The notes beneath the pieces were generated by a model. That model made no database searches, was not told the DNA's origin, and saw only the letters and a program-made list of their open reading frames with translations. DNA of 64,000 bases. Source: Promethearchaeota archaeon. Its GTDB lineage: Archaea > Asgardarchaeota > Lokiarchaeia > Sigyniarchaeales > SOKP01. The stretch is taken from positions 56,064 through 120,063 of the forward strand of contig JBHLOC010000007.1 of assembly GCA_048940925.1 (NCBI GenBank). Direction: 5' to 3'. The position numbers and the translations under genes were made by a program. Shown here piece after piece: positions 9,008 through 18,501 of this stretch (position 1 is the first letter of the stretch; each line of letters begins with the position of its first letter).

Positions 9008-10801
9008 CTAGTTTTTAGTCGGTGGGATTTCAAGTATAATTTCGGTTTTTTTCTTAACTCTTCGCTTCCAACTATCAGGGTTATACCCCTCTTTAGCAAG
9101 ATAATTCATTACAGTATTTACTTTAGGATTGATGCGAACGTCAATTACTGATGGTAAACCTGAATCAAAAGCTCGTTGTAAAGCAGGGCGAATCTCATTC
9201 GGATCTGTAACTAGTTCACCATGACATTTAAAAGCTTTAGCATATTTGTCATAACGTGTTTCACTGCTTAATGAAGATCCTAAACCGAAGAATTTCTTAC
9301 CATGAGACATTTTCTGACCTCGAGCAACCATACCCCATAGTTGATCGTTACTAATCACAACAACAATGGGCAAATTAAATCTACGGGCAGTTTCAATTTC
9401 TTTTCCATTAAATAAAAATGATCCATCACCAGTTAAAACAAGTACCTTTTTATTAGGATATACATATTTATTAGCAATAGCCATTGGTACACCACCACCA
9501 AGATGTTGGATACCTAATCCGCCAGAAAAATATAGAGATTTAGGTTGTTTAGCCCTCAAGTAGGTAATACCCCAAATCGTCGTATCACCTCCATCCAAAA
9601 TAACAACTCCATCTTTAGGTATAAAATCTCGAATTTCTTTAACAAGACGCTGTGGTTGGATGGGAACTTTGTCAGAAGATCCTTCTTTCTCAAGACGTTC
9701 TTCAAATTTCAATAAATATTCTTGAACTGTTTTAACCCATTGAGTTTCAGATCTAGGGTTTTTCAATTTATCCTCTGCTATTTTAATAAATTGGGTAAGA
9801 ACACCTTTGACATCTCCCACAATGGGAATATCAATAGCTCTATTTCTCCCAATTTCTTCAGCTTTAATATCAACTTGAATAAGTTTTGCTTCATCAGAAA
9901 AATATGGCATATACCCATAATTCATTAATTCAGTTATTCTCGATCCTAAAATTAAAGCTATATCAACTTTTTGGAGTAATGCTGTTCCTGGACCATCTAA
10001 AGGACTTGCGGGTCCAAAAAATAATGGATGATCGGTCGGAAACTCACCCAATCCAAATCCCCACAATCCTACAGGTATTTGTGTCAATTCAGCAAATTTT
10101 AGCAATTCTAAAGATGCATCGGAAAAAGCACATCCCGTTCCGGCGATTATTAATGGTTGTTTAGCTTTTAGAAGTAAATCAAGCGCGTTAGATATTAAAT
10201 TTTCATTTCCGTAAGGACCGTTAAATGCTCTTAATTTCTGTACTGGTTTAAAAGCTTGTTGTATGATATCTAACTCATCATCACATTCTTTTATCATCAC
10301 ATCAAATGGGATAAGTAAAAGAACAGGTCCAGGGCGACCAGTTGTAGCAATTCTAAACGCCATATTAATATATTCAGGGATTCTAGCTGTTTCATAACAA
10401 TATCCGCTCCATTTTGTCACAGGACGGAAGGAAGGGATTACGTCAATTTCATTTTGTGCTAATTTTTCAAAATCCATAAGGGGAGTACTTGAACAAATAG
10501 CTATTAATGGAATGCTTGCATCATAAGCTATAGGAATTGATGGAAACAAATCTGTTATTCCAGGTCCAGATTGAACTGAGCATACACCTACTTCTCCTGT
10601 AGCAAGAAAATAACCCATTGCTGCATGCCCAGTGGCTTGTTCATGCCGAAAATCTATAATATCAATCCCTTGTTCAGTACAGGAAGAATCTTGACAATAA
10701 TGATAGATCATTCTATTATCCCCACAAAGAGTAAATAAAACTCTAACTCCCTGATTATCTAAAGTGCGAACTATTAATTGAGCTCCGTTAACTTTTGTCA
10801 T
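9008..10801 (-). CDS. Thiamine-diphosphate-dependent enzyme (acetolactate-synthase-like / 2-hydroxyacyl-CoA lyase-like)
   Basis: RHEQ catalytic Glu, GRPGPV, GDGS...ND TPP-binding motif; no ilvN regulatory subunit nearby. Confidence 0.85.
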   Translation of the reverse strand: MTKVNGAQLIVRTLDNQGVRVLFTLCGDNRMIYHYCQDSSCTEQGIDIIDFRHEQATGHAAMGYFLATGEVGVCSVQSGPGITDLFPSIPIAYDASIPLIAICSSTPLMDFEKLAQNEIDVIPSFRPVTKWSGYCYETARIPEYINMAFRIATTGRPGPVLLLIPFDVMIKECDDELDIIQQAFKPVQKLRAFNGPYGNENLISNALDLLLKAKQPLIIAGTGCAFSDASLELLKFAELTQIPVGLWGFGLGEFPTDHPLFFGPASPLDGPGTALLQKVDIALILGSRITELMNYGYMPYFSDEAKLIQVDIKAEEIGRNRAIDIPIVGDVKGVLTQFIKIAEDKLKNPRSETQWVKTVQEYLLKFEERLEKEGSSDKVPIQPQRLVKEIRDFIPKDGVVILDGGDTTIWGITYLRAKQPKSLYFSGGLGIQHLGGGVPMAIANKYVYPNKKVLVLTGDGSFLFNGKEIETARRFNLPIVVVISNDQLWGMVARGQKMSHGKKFFGLGSSLSSETRYDKYAKAFKCHGELVTDPNEIRPALQRAFDSGLPSVIDVRINPKVNTVMNYLAKEGYNPDSWKRRVKKKTEIILEIPPTKN

Positions 10802-10949
10802 TTATTTAACCTTCATAAATAAATTTTTCGTTAAAGTACAATATTGATTTAGATATTCTTTATTTTATAATCTTCCTTTTATCTTCTGATAATTTTAGAA
10901 TATAAAATTTAAATTTTCTTTCCAAATGCATAAGAAATTGTTTAGGTTG

Positions 10950-11801
10950 CTAAGTTTTACCTAATCTTTTTCTTGCCTTTTTATAACTCTTATCTGACCA
11001 AATTCTAATGAGTTTAGGAAAATATCGATTTAATTTCCATATCAATTTAGCCTCTCCAGGTAAAATGTTAAATTTGGTTTTTAAAATACTATGTATAAAG
11101 ACTTCAGCAATATCTTCGGGTGTTTCAAGACCTCCTCTTTCTTCCATTAATCTACATTCCTCCGGTTTGGTTTTGTTCTCTCTTTCAAACCCAGGTGTAT
11201 CCATAGCAGGAGGATATAGAATTGATACCTTAATATTATAAGGTTTTAGCTCATTACGTAATGTTTCTGATAAACCTACTACCGCATATTTAGATGGAAC
11301 ATAAGTTGCAAATCCCATTAATCCCATATATCCTAACATAGAAGCAACATTTGCGATATATCCCTTCTTTTCTTTCATAAAATAAGGTAATAAAATTAAG
11401 ATTGGGACTAACTGACCATAATAATTCACTTCCATGTTCATTTTAAAATCCTCAAGAGATAAATTTTCAATGTAATCAGCAAAAGCATACCCAACACAGT
11501 TGAATAAATAATCGGGAATTCCATGTTTCTCTAAAAATTCAGTCAAAAGTGGGTTTAATTTATCAATAATTGTGGTATCACAGGTAATAATCTCTATAAA
11601 TTGTGAATCAACCTGTTTTACTTCCTCAATCTCATTAGCTGCTTCTTTTAAAATTTCTGTTCTTCTCGCAATAATGCAAACACTTCCCCCTAGTTCAACA
11701 AAGTATTTTGCTGTAGCTTTTCCTAATCCCTGAGATCCACCTGTGATAATAGCAATCTTGTTTTTAAATGGTTGTTTTTTGATTAATTTCTCTTTTTTCA
11801 T
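10950..11801 (-). CDS. SDR oxidoreductase, 3-ketodihydrosphingosine-reductase (KDSR)-like subfamily
   Basis: TGGSQGLG, YVPSK, and YPPAMDTPGFERENKTKP, which resembles the KDSR-type YPPDTDTPGFxxENxTKP signature. Confidence 0.7.
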   Translation of the reverse strand: MKKEKLIKKQPFKNKIAIITGGSQGLGKATAKYFVELGGSVCIIARRTEILKEAANEIEEVKQVDSQFIEIITCDTTIIDKLNPLLTEFLEKHGIPDYLFNCVGYAFADYIENLSLEDFKMNMEVNYYGQLVPILILLPYFMKEKKGYIANVASMLGYMGLMGFATYVPSKYAVVGLSETLRNELKPYNIKVSILYPPAMDTPGFERENKTKPEECRLMEERGGLETPEDIAEVFIHSILKTKFNILPGEAKLIWKLNRYFPKLIRIWSDKSYKKARKRLGKT

Positions 11802-11853
11802 ATAATATCACTTAATTATGTTATTATTTTAATGGAATTAATTTCCTCAAATT

Positions 11854-12249
11854 TTAAATATTTATCAAACCATAAATCATGAAAATTGGTCCAAAAATAA
11901 TACAAAACAAATTAACTGCTAGATTTAAAATAATATCCCATTTTTCACCTGTATATCCCCCATATTGTAAGTTATGTGAAATATCAAGCAATCCTAAGAA
12001 GATCAATGCACTTCCCCCTGCAATTGAGAAGATAAATCCAAACATTTGGTTCATAATAAGACCAATTGCTCCAAAGATTAAACAAGGTGCCGCCCATCCC
12101 AAATCTGGAAGAGGGAATGATCGTTCATATTCAAGATATCCTTCTCTTTGATTAGGTTTCTTATTTTCTACTAAAAAAAAATAGATCCAAAAACCAATAA
12201 TACCTAATGTGATAAAAATTTCTAATCCGGCGATGATTAAATTCATCAT
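11854..12249 (-). CDS. Small 4-TM membrane protein of unknown function
   Basis: Four hydrophobic segments and a YERSFPLPD loop; co-oriented between two SDRs. Confidence 0.75.
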   Translation of the reverse strand: MMNLIIAGLEIFITLGIIGFWIYFFLVENKKPNQREGYLEYERSFPLPDLGWAAPCLIFGAIGLIMNQMFGFIFSIAGGSALIFLGLLDISHNLQYGGYTGEKWDIILNLAVNLFCIIFGPIFMIYGLINI

Positions 12250-12344
12250 TTTAAATTCAATCTAATTATTTTTTATATTAATTTTAGTTAAACACTTATC
12301 TTAATTAAAACTTTAATTTAAAATGAATGCAATATAAATAAATG

Positions 12345-13160
12345 TTAAACATCTGATTTAATATAAAATGCTGGAACTCCAACTTCAGCTATTCCCCCAT
12401 CAATAGGGAAATTATGGCCAGTAATAAAATCTGATAAATGAGATGCTAGAAATAAGACAACATTTGCTACATCCTCAACTTTTCCTAATCTATTTAAAGG
12501 AGTTTTTACGTGTCCATCTTCCATAATCATTTTAACAACATCTTCTCTATTATCATAAATGCCAGTTATATGATATCCCGGAGATATCGAATTAACAGTA
12601 ATTTTTGGAGCAAGACTTTGAGCTAACATCTGAACCATAGCAATGATTCCAACTTTACTAATTGAGTAGATGGGAGTTTTATTATCGACTTTCATTCCTG
12701 CTATTGAGGCCGTGTGAATAATCTTACCAATTAATGGTGTAAAAGTTTGTTTTTTCATTCTTTTACTCACAAATTTAGAAACTAACCATTGACCCTTTAA
12801 ATTAATATCCAATATTCTATCCCAGTCTTTTTCTTTTGTTCGCAAAATGTCTGCTCCATATGGGTAACCCACGCCTGCATTGTTAAATAATACATAAACA
12901 TTATCTAATTCTTGAAAAGCTTGTTTTGCCATAGCTTCTACTTGATCTGATTTTGAAACATCACATATTATGGGAATAGCTTTTTGTCCTGTTTCTTTAG
13001 AGATATTTTTACTAGTTTCTTCCAACAATTCTTCATTGATATCTACTAATGCTATATCTGCCCCTCGTTCAGCAAAATCAAAAGCAACACTTCTTCCAAA
13101 TCCAGAAGCACCCCCTGTAATAAGAGCCCCCTTCCCTTCAAGAAATTTTTCGACCATCAC
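12345..13160 (-). CDS. Classical SDR oxidoreductase (FabG/glucose-dehydrogenase-like)
   Basis: TGGASGFG, NNAG, YSISK, PLNRLG and FITGHNFPIDGG motifs. Confidence 0.9.
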   Translation of the reverse strand: MMVEKFLEGKGALITGGASGFGRSVAFDFAERGADIALVDINEELLEETSKNISKETGQKAIPIICDVSKSDQVEAMAKQAFQELDNVYVLFNNAGVGYPYGADILRTKEKDWDRILDINLKGQWLVSKFVSKRMKKQTFTPLIGKIIHTASIAGMKVDNKTPIYSISKVGIIAMVQMLAQSLAPKITVNSISPGYHITGIYDNREDVVKMIMEDGHVKTPLNRLGKVEDVANVVLFLASHLSDFITGHNFPIDGGIAEVGVPAFYIKSDV

Positions 13161-13598
13161 AAATTCACCATTTATTTAATTTTACTTCTTTTATCATATA
13201 AAGTGATTAATATTAAAATTATTATTCCAATAAAGAAGATTAGAATACTAAAAAATATAAAATTACTTAATCTCTATAATATTCCAATTAGAACGAGACC
13301 TATATCATCGAGAAAAAAATAATAAAACCCCAAAACATTATAAAATCATCTAATTTCATTTTTTTATAAGTATTTTCCATCTCTCTTCACATTCAATTTA
13401 TGTTTTGATATTTCTTGTTTAAATAATTAGATCTAAAAGCGAATTTTTTTATGATAAATATGAAGCTATACCTTCAAAGGAATTGATCAAATTTGATTAT
13501 CAATTTTGAAAAAAAGTTTAATATCAAAAAAAAAAATAATATAACACATACAATAAAAATAATAATTAATTGAACAATTTTCTAAACTCGATATTTCA

Positions 13599-16500
13599 AT
13601 GAAGCAAAAAAGAAGAATCTTAACTCTTATAATTTTAGCTCTTATACTTTTTTCTTTTTCAAATATTCAATTCTTCCTTAAATTTTTTCCAAATTATCAT
13701 GATAATAATGAAGATGAGATATCTGAATTAAATTCTGCGAAATATTGGCCAAATTTAAATAGAATACATATAGATGATAGCAATACTTCTTTAAATTGGG
13801 CAACCACTGCTGCTAATAATGATTGGTGTAATGGTTCAGGAACTTGGAGTGATCCTTATATTATCAAAAATGTAATTATAGATGGTCAGGAGAGAGAAAG
13901 TTGCATTTTAATTAAAAATTCAAATGTTTTCTTCATAATTGAAAATTGTACAGTCTACAATACTGGTGATGAGGGTAAATTTTCTGAAGAACCAGGGATT
14001 AAATTAATCAATACTAATAATGGAACTTTTATAAGTAATAACTGTTCTCTAAATCATTATGGGATAAGATTATTCAACAGCGATAATAACACTTTTTTAA
14101 ATAATATGATAACTAAGAATGAATTTAAAGGAATAACACTTGAAGATAGTTCTAATAATACTTTTGCTGGAAATGAGATAAGTAACAATTATCTCGATGG
14201 AATAGTTTTGGAATCAAATAGTGATCATAATAATATTTCTCAGAATAAATTATACAATAACTTTGGAAGCGGACTAAGTTTGATGTCCGGTGATAATAAT
14301 ACAATAAACAATAATGATATTTTTAAGAACAGAGAATATGGCATATTTCTTGAAGCCGGTCGTGAAAATACTATAAAAGAGAATGCAATGAAAAAGTGTG
14401 GAATTGGTATTTCTCCATCTGAAGAAATAAATACAAATATTATCGATACATCAAATACTGTGAATGGTAAAACTTTTTACATATATTTTAATCAGACAGA
14501 TTTAGATAATTCTGATTTTTCTTCCCCTAGACTAGCCGGGCAAATTATACTAATAAAATGTAATGATTCAATAATTTCTAATTTTAATCTTTCTCAAACG
14601 TCAATTGGATTAATCTTATATGAATGCCAAAATAATACAATATCGAATAACCTTGTTAATAATTGTACCAAATCTGGATTCTATCTGAACTTTTGTAACA
14701 ATAATACAATATATAACAATTCAGTAAATTATAATTTTGATGGTATAGAATTATTCGGATGCATTAATACGAGAATTAATAGAAACAACGCAACAAATAA
14801 TAAATGGAATGGGATAAAATTATCTGAAAATTGTGTTTTTAATATAATTCATGGGAATAATGCTTCCAATAATATCGAAACGGGAATATATACTGAATAT
14901 TGTGAAAGTAATAACATCACTAAAAATCTTGTACTTAATAATGAAAGAGCAGGAATAAGAATAAAAGCAAGCCACTTTACTTTAATTCAAAACAATACCG
15001 CAAATAACAATATCAATACTCGTGTCATTAATTTTGGTGTTGGAATTCAAATAGGAGAAACAGGTTCTTTTGAACAAAGTAATAACAATACAATTACTGA
15101 AAATATAATGAATAATAATAGTTATGTGGGATTGTTTCTAGATGGAAAAAATAACACAATAACAAAAAACAATTTTACTAATTGTGGTCTAATTTTTGGT
15201 TACTATTCAGATATAACTACTATTGATGACTTTAGTTCCCAAACAATTGATAGATCTAATCTAGTAAACAATAAAATTCTTTACTATTATTTTAATTCTA
15301 CCCACTTAAGCAATGATAACTTTTCTAATGCGGGACAAGTGGTCTTGGTCAGATGTAATGATTCCCTAATTTCTAATTTGCAATTAGAACGAGCTAGCCT
15401 ACCAATATCTTCATACTATTGTGATAACATTACTATTTCCAATAACAATCTTACAGAAAATACTTTTAGTGGAATTTATTTAATTCAAAATAGTAATTCT
15501 AATATCTCAAATAATCAATTAAATACAAATATAAATATTTATTTAGAGGTTTCAACTGTGATCACATTTGGATTTGGTATATATTTAGAAGACTGTTATA
15601 ATTGTAATTTTACATTCAATAATGCTACTAATAATGGATATGGAATCTATTTAAAGGATAGCAATAATATTCTCATAAAAAATAACACTTTTTATGATAA
15701 TAATATCGCAGGGATTAGTATTTTAGCAAATCAACCAGGAAAATGCGATGATATTAATTTTTCAGCTAATTACATGAGAAATTGTGGTGTATATATTTAT
15801 GAATCCCCATACTTACAAAACTCTAAATTATATATTGATAAAACAAATTTAATTAATAATAGACCACTTCATTATTTTTCTAACACTAATAGCTTAAAAT
15901 CGAGTGATTTTATAAATCCTGGGCAGATTATACTATTAAATTGTAATAATTCAGAAATTTCAAATCTTAGTTTTTCTAGATGTACAATAGGTATTTCTTT
16001 ATTTTATTGCCACAATGCATCTGTTTATAACATTAATTCCTCAAAAAATTCAATGTATGGATTTGTGTTGGTTCTAAGTAATAATTGTCATCTGTTCAAC
16101 AATACAGCATCTCAGAATCTTTTTGGAATCTTCAATGTGTTTTGTTTTAATAATACTTATACGGGAAATACCTTGAAGAATAGTAAATCGATATTTATAG
16201 ATAATTTATATTTCGGAGGAGGCATTTGTAGTATGTGGTACAATGATAATCTAAATATTGTCCGAAATACTTTTGAAAACTGCTCTAATGGAATTATGAT
16301 ATATTTAGAAGGACCTGGGATTTTTTTTAATGTCTCTGATAATTTATTAGATAATAATATTCAGTATGGTATTTGGTTAAAAAATTGCCATAATAGCACA
16401 TTTACAAAAAACAAAATTCAAAATAATGGAATTGGAATATATTTAGACTTCTACTCTGATAATAGTAATAATAGTTTTTTGTACAATAACTTAAATGGGA

Positions 16501-18392
16501 ATGATTTAAATGCCCAAGATAATGGAGATAATAATAAATGGGACGATGGATTTGCAGGAAATTATTGGGATGATTACACAGGTATAGATGCAAATATTGA
16601 TGCGATAGGTGATAATTCTTACACAATTCGTGGTTTAGCTTATAATAAAGATAATTATCCGTTAATTTATCGAACTGATATTGATACTGACGGAGATGGT
16701 CTAATAAATTACGAAGAATATGTTTTAGGAAAAGATCAATACCGCACTAATGTTACAAATCCCGACACAGATTATGATGAATTATCTGATTATTGGGAAT
16801 GGAAAAATTCTACTAATCCATGGAATCCAGACACTGATTTTGACAGAATGCCTGATGGGTGGGAAGTATTCAATTTTTTAAATCCTATATCCGGAGATGA
16901 TAATATCACTGATGCTGATAATGATTTTCTCTTGAATGTATATGAATTCAAGAATGGCACTGATCCAAATAATGAAGATACTGATGGAGATACATTTTTG
17001 GATGGTATTGAGGCTGGTGCTTTACCAGAATATAACTGGTGGACAGATCCCTTGAATAAGTGGTGGTATCCAATGCCTAATCTAGTGGCTGTAGGTTTTC
17101 AAATAACTTCTGCTGAATTAGGAAAACCATTTGTTTTAAACATAACGATAAAAAACGATGGAATCTGGGATGTAGAAAATATAACAATCATCATTTGGGT
17201 TGAGTATTTGGGACAAGCTTTATATAACAATTCTGAAAATCCTATTCCATTATTAGAAGTGGATGAGGTGTATCAAGATTTTATTCAAAGTGACATACTG
17301 CCAAGTGAGAAAATTCCTCAAGGAGGGCGTTTGGTTATGGAATTAAGATTAGATCCTGAAAATGTAATTAATGAAACTTACAGTAATAAAGATGGATCTG
17401 CTCGACACAGAAGTGAAGATGATAATATCCTAGAAACAATCTTGAATATTGGTGGACAATTACCTGGTGGTGGTTTTGATATCTTTTGGATTATTTTAAT
17501 TGTAATTGGAGTAATAGCTCTAGCGGGAATTACAAGTACTTATATGGTTTTAAGACCAAGAATGAAAAGAAGAGCTGCTTTTAAAAGACAAATTGAAACA
17601 GCGAAAACGGATATTAATAACTTTGAAATCAATATGCGTAGTTTTATTAAAACAAAATTAATAGACACTTACGAATCCAGATGGTGGGATGAAGGAGTCC
17701 CTGAATACATTAGAACCCCCATTGGAACCAAAATAAAAACCTTGAAACCAAAGAAACCAGGAGTGCCAATCGATAGAATGGATTTGTTAGATTTCACACA
17801 TTATAGTGCGATAATCACACAAAGAGATAATTGGGAACATACATTCTCAAAAATCTTTCCCGAAAGAGGCGTGGTTGACACAAATTTCGAAAACCTAAGA
17901 ATTATTAAAAGAGATCTTGCTGAAGGTACAATTACACGTGAACGGTTATCCAGTTATTCATTATTTCTACATAATATAACAAATTTCTTTAGAAAAGGAT
18001 TCAATGTGTTTTTAAGCTACTCCACACTCGATACAGAATACTTTAATGTTAAGGAAATCGCTAAACGTTTAGAATCATTTCCAGAAATTGATAGAGTCTT
18101 TTTCTGGGAAGAAGATAGTGGCGAAAACATCGTCACCTATATGGAAAGGACTTTAGCAATGACAAAGGCATTTGTATTCTTTTGCACGGAACATTCTGTT
18201 AGATCTAAGGCAGTAGAAGATGAGTGGCAAGCAGCTTTTCAGATGAGGAAAAAAGGACTGCTAAAAATAGTACCTGTATATGAAAATGAAAATATAATTC
18301 CCTTCTTATTGATGCCCTTATTAAATGTCAAATACACAAAAGATGATTTTGATGGTTTTATTCAAAAGCTTTATGAGGAAATTCTTAGATAA
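13599..18392 (+). CDS. TIR receptor 1: signal/TM, long beta-helix ectodomain, TSP3-like Ca-binding repeats, CARDB-like domain, TM, Swt1-like HEPN, TIR
   Basis: Asn-rich beta-helix repeats; DTDGDG/DTDxD repeats; TM IFWIILIVIGVIALAGITSTYMVL followed by RPRMKRR; WWDEGVP...LDFTHY...NWEHTFSKIF (HEPN-like); C-terminal VFLSYS...FVFFCTEHSVRSKAVEDEWQAA...IVPVY (TIR). Confidence 0.85.
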   Translation: MKQKRRILTLIILALILFSFSNIQFFLKFFPNYHDNNEDEISELNSAKYWPNLNRIHIDDSNTSLNWATTAANNDWCNGSGTWSDPYIIKNVIIDGQERESCILIKNSNVFFIIENCTVYNTGDEGKFSEEPGIKLINTNNGTFISNNCSLNHYGIRLFNSDNNTFLNNMITKNEFKGITLEDSSNNTFAGNEISNNYLDGIVLESNSDHNNISQNKLYNNFGSGLSLMSGDNNTINNNDIFKNREYGIFLEAGRENTIKENAMKKCGIGISPSEEINTNIIDTSNTVNGKTFYIYFNQTDLDNSDFSSPRLAGQIILIKCNDSIISNFNLSQTSIGLILYECQNNTISNNLVNNCTKSGFYLNFCNNNTIYNNSVNYNFDGIELFGCINTRINRNNATNNKWNGIKLSENCVFNIIHGNNASNNIETGIYTEYCESNNITKNLVLNNERAGIRIKASHFTLIQNNTANNNINTRVINFGVGIQIGETGSFEQSNNNTITENIMNNNSYVGLFLDGKNNTITKNNFTNCGLIFGYYSDITTIDDFSSQTIDRSNLVNNKILYYYFNSTHLSNDNFSNAGQVVLVRCNDSLISNLQLERASLPISSYYCDNITISNNNLTENTFSGIYLIQNSNSNISNNQLNTNINIYLEVSTVITFGFGIYLEDCYNCNFTFNNATNNGYGIYLKDSNNILIKNNTFYDNNIAGISILANQPGKCDDINFSANYMRNCGVYIYESPYLQNSKLYIDKTNLINNRPLHYFSNTNSLKSSDFINPGQIILLNCNNSEISNLSFSRCTIGISLFYCHNASVYNINSSKNSMYGFVLVLSNNCHLFNNTASQNLFGIFNVFCFNNTYTGNTLKNSKSIFIDNLYFGGGICSMWYNDNLNIVRNTFENCSNGIMIYLEGPGIFFNVSDNLLDNNIQYGIWLKNCHNSTFTKNKIQNNGIGIYLDFYSDNSNNSFLYNNLNGNDLNAQDNGDNNKWDDGFAGNYWDDYTGIDANIDAIGDNSYTIRGLAYNKDNYPLIYRTDIDTDGDGLINYEEYVLGKDQYRTNVTNPDTDYDELSDYWEWKNSTNPWNPDTDFDRMPDGWEVFNFLNPISGDDNITDADNDFLLNVYEFKNGTDPNNEDTDGDTFLDGIEAGALPEYNWWTDPLNKWWYPMPNLVAVGFQITSAELGKPFVLNITIKNDGIWDVENITIIIWVEYLGQALYNNSENPIPLLEVDEVYQDFIQSDILPSEKIPQGGRLVMELRLDPENVINETYSNKDGSARHRSEDDNILETILNIGGQLPGGGFDIFWIILIVIGVIALAGITSTYMVLRPRMKRRAAFKRQIETAKTDINNFEINMRSFIKTKLIDTYESRWWDEGVPEYIRTPIGTKIKTLKPKKPGVPIDRMDLLDFTHYSAIITQRDNWEHTFSKIFPERGVVDTNFENLRIIKRDLAEGTITRERLSSYSLFLHNITNFFRKGFNVFLSYSTLDTEYFNVKEIAKRLESFPEIDRVFFWEEDSGENIVTYMERTLAMTKAFVFFCTEHSVRSKAVEDEWQAAFQMRKKGLLKIVPVYENENIIPFLLMPLLNVKYTKDDFDGFIQKLYEEILR
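14452..15980 (+). repeat. Three copies of a beta-helix junction module within TIR receptor 1
   Basis: NTVNGKTFYIYFN...AGQIILIKCNDSIISN / NLVNNKILYYYFN...AGQVVLVRCNDSLISN / NLINNRPLHYFSN...PGQIILLNCNNSEISN, indicating internal triplication. Confidence 0.75.
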
Positions 18393-18441
18393 AATAGACA
18401 TTGATATTTTTAAATGATAATATCTAAAAAAACATAAAGCT

Positions 18442-18454
18442 AAAAGTTTAATTA
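18442..18454 (+). promoter_or_regulatory. Possible archaeal BRE/TATA element
   Basis: AAAAGTTTAATTA about 50 nt upstream of the 18502 start. A similar AAAAGTTTAATAT lies at about 13512-13524, upstream of 13599. Weak evidence in AT-rich DNA. Confidence 0.3.
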
Positions 18455-18501
18455 TTAACTTCTGTTAAAGAATAATAATAGAAAAATAATGTGAATCAAT
18501 T

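Noticed and set aside
13172-13380. Possible decayed small 2-TM gene on the minus strand (MENTYKKMKLDDFIMFWGFIIFFS.../GLVLIGIL*RLSNFIFFSILIFFIGIIILIL...)
   Set aside because: It needs a frameshift and a stop readthrough, and I/L/F-rich translations arise by chance in AT-rich DNA. No family could be recognised.
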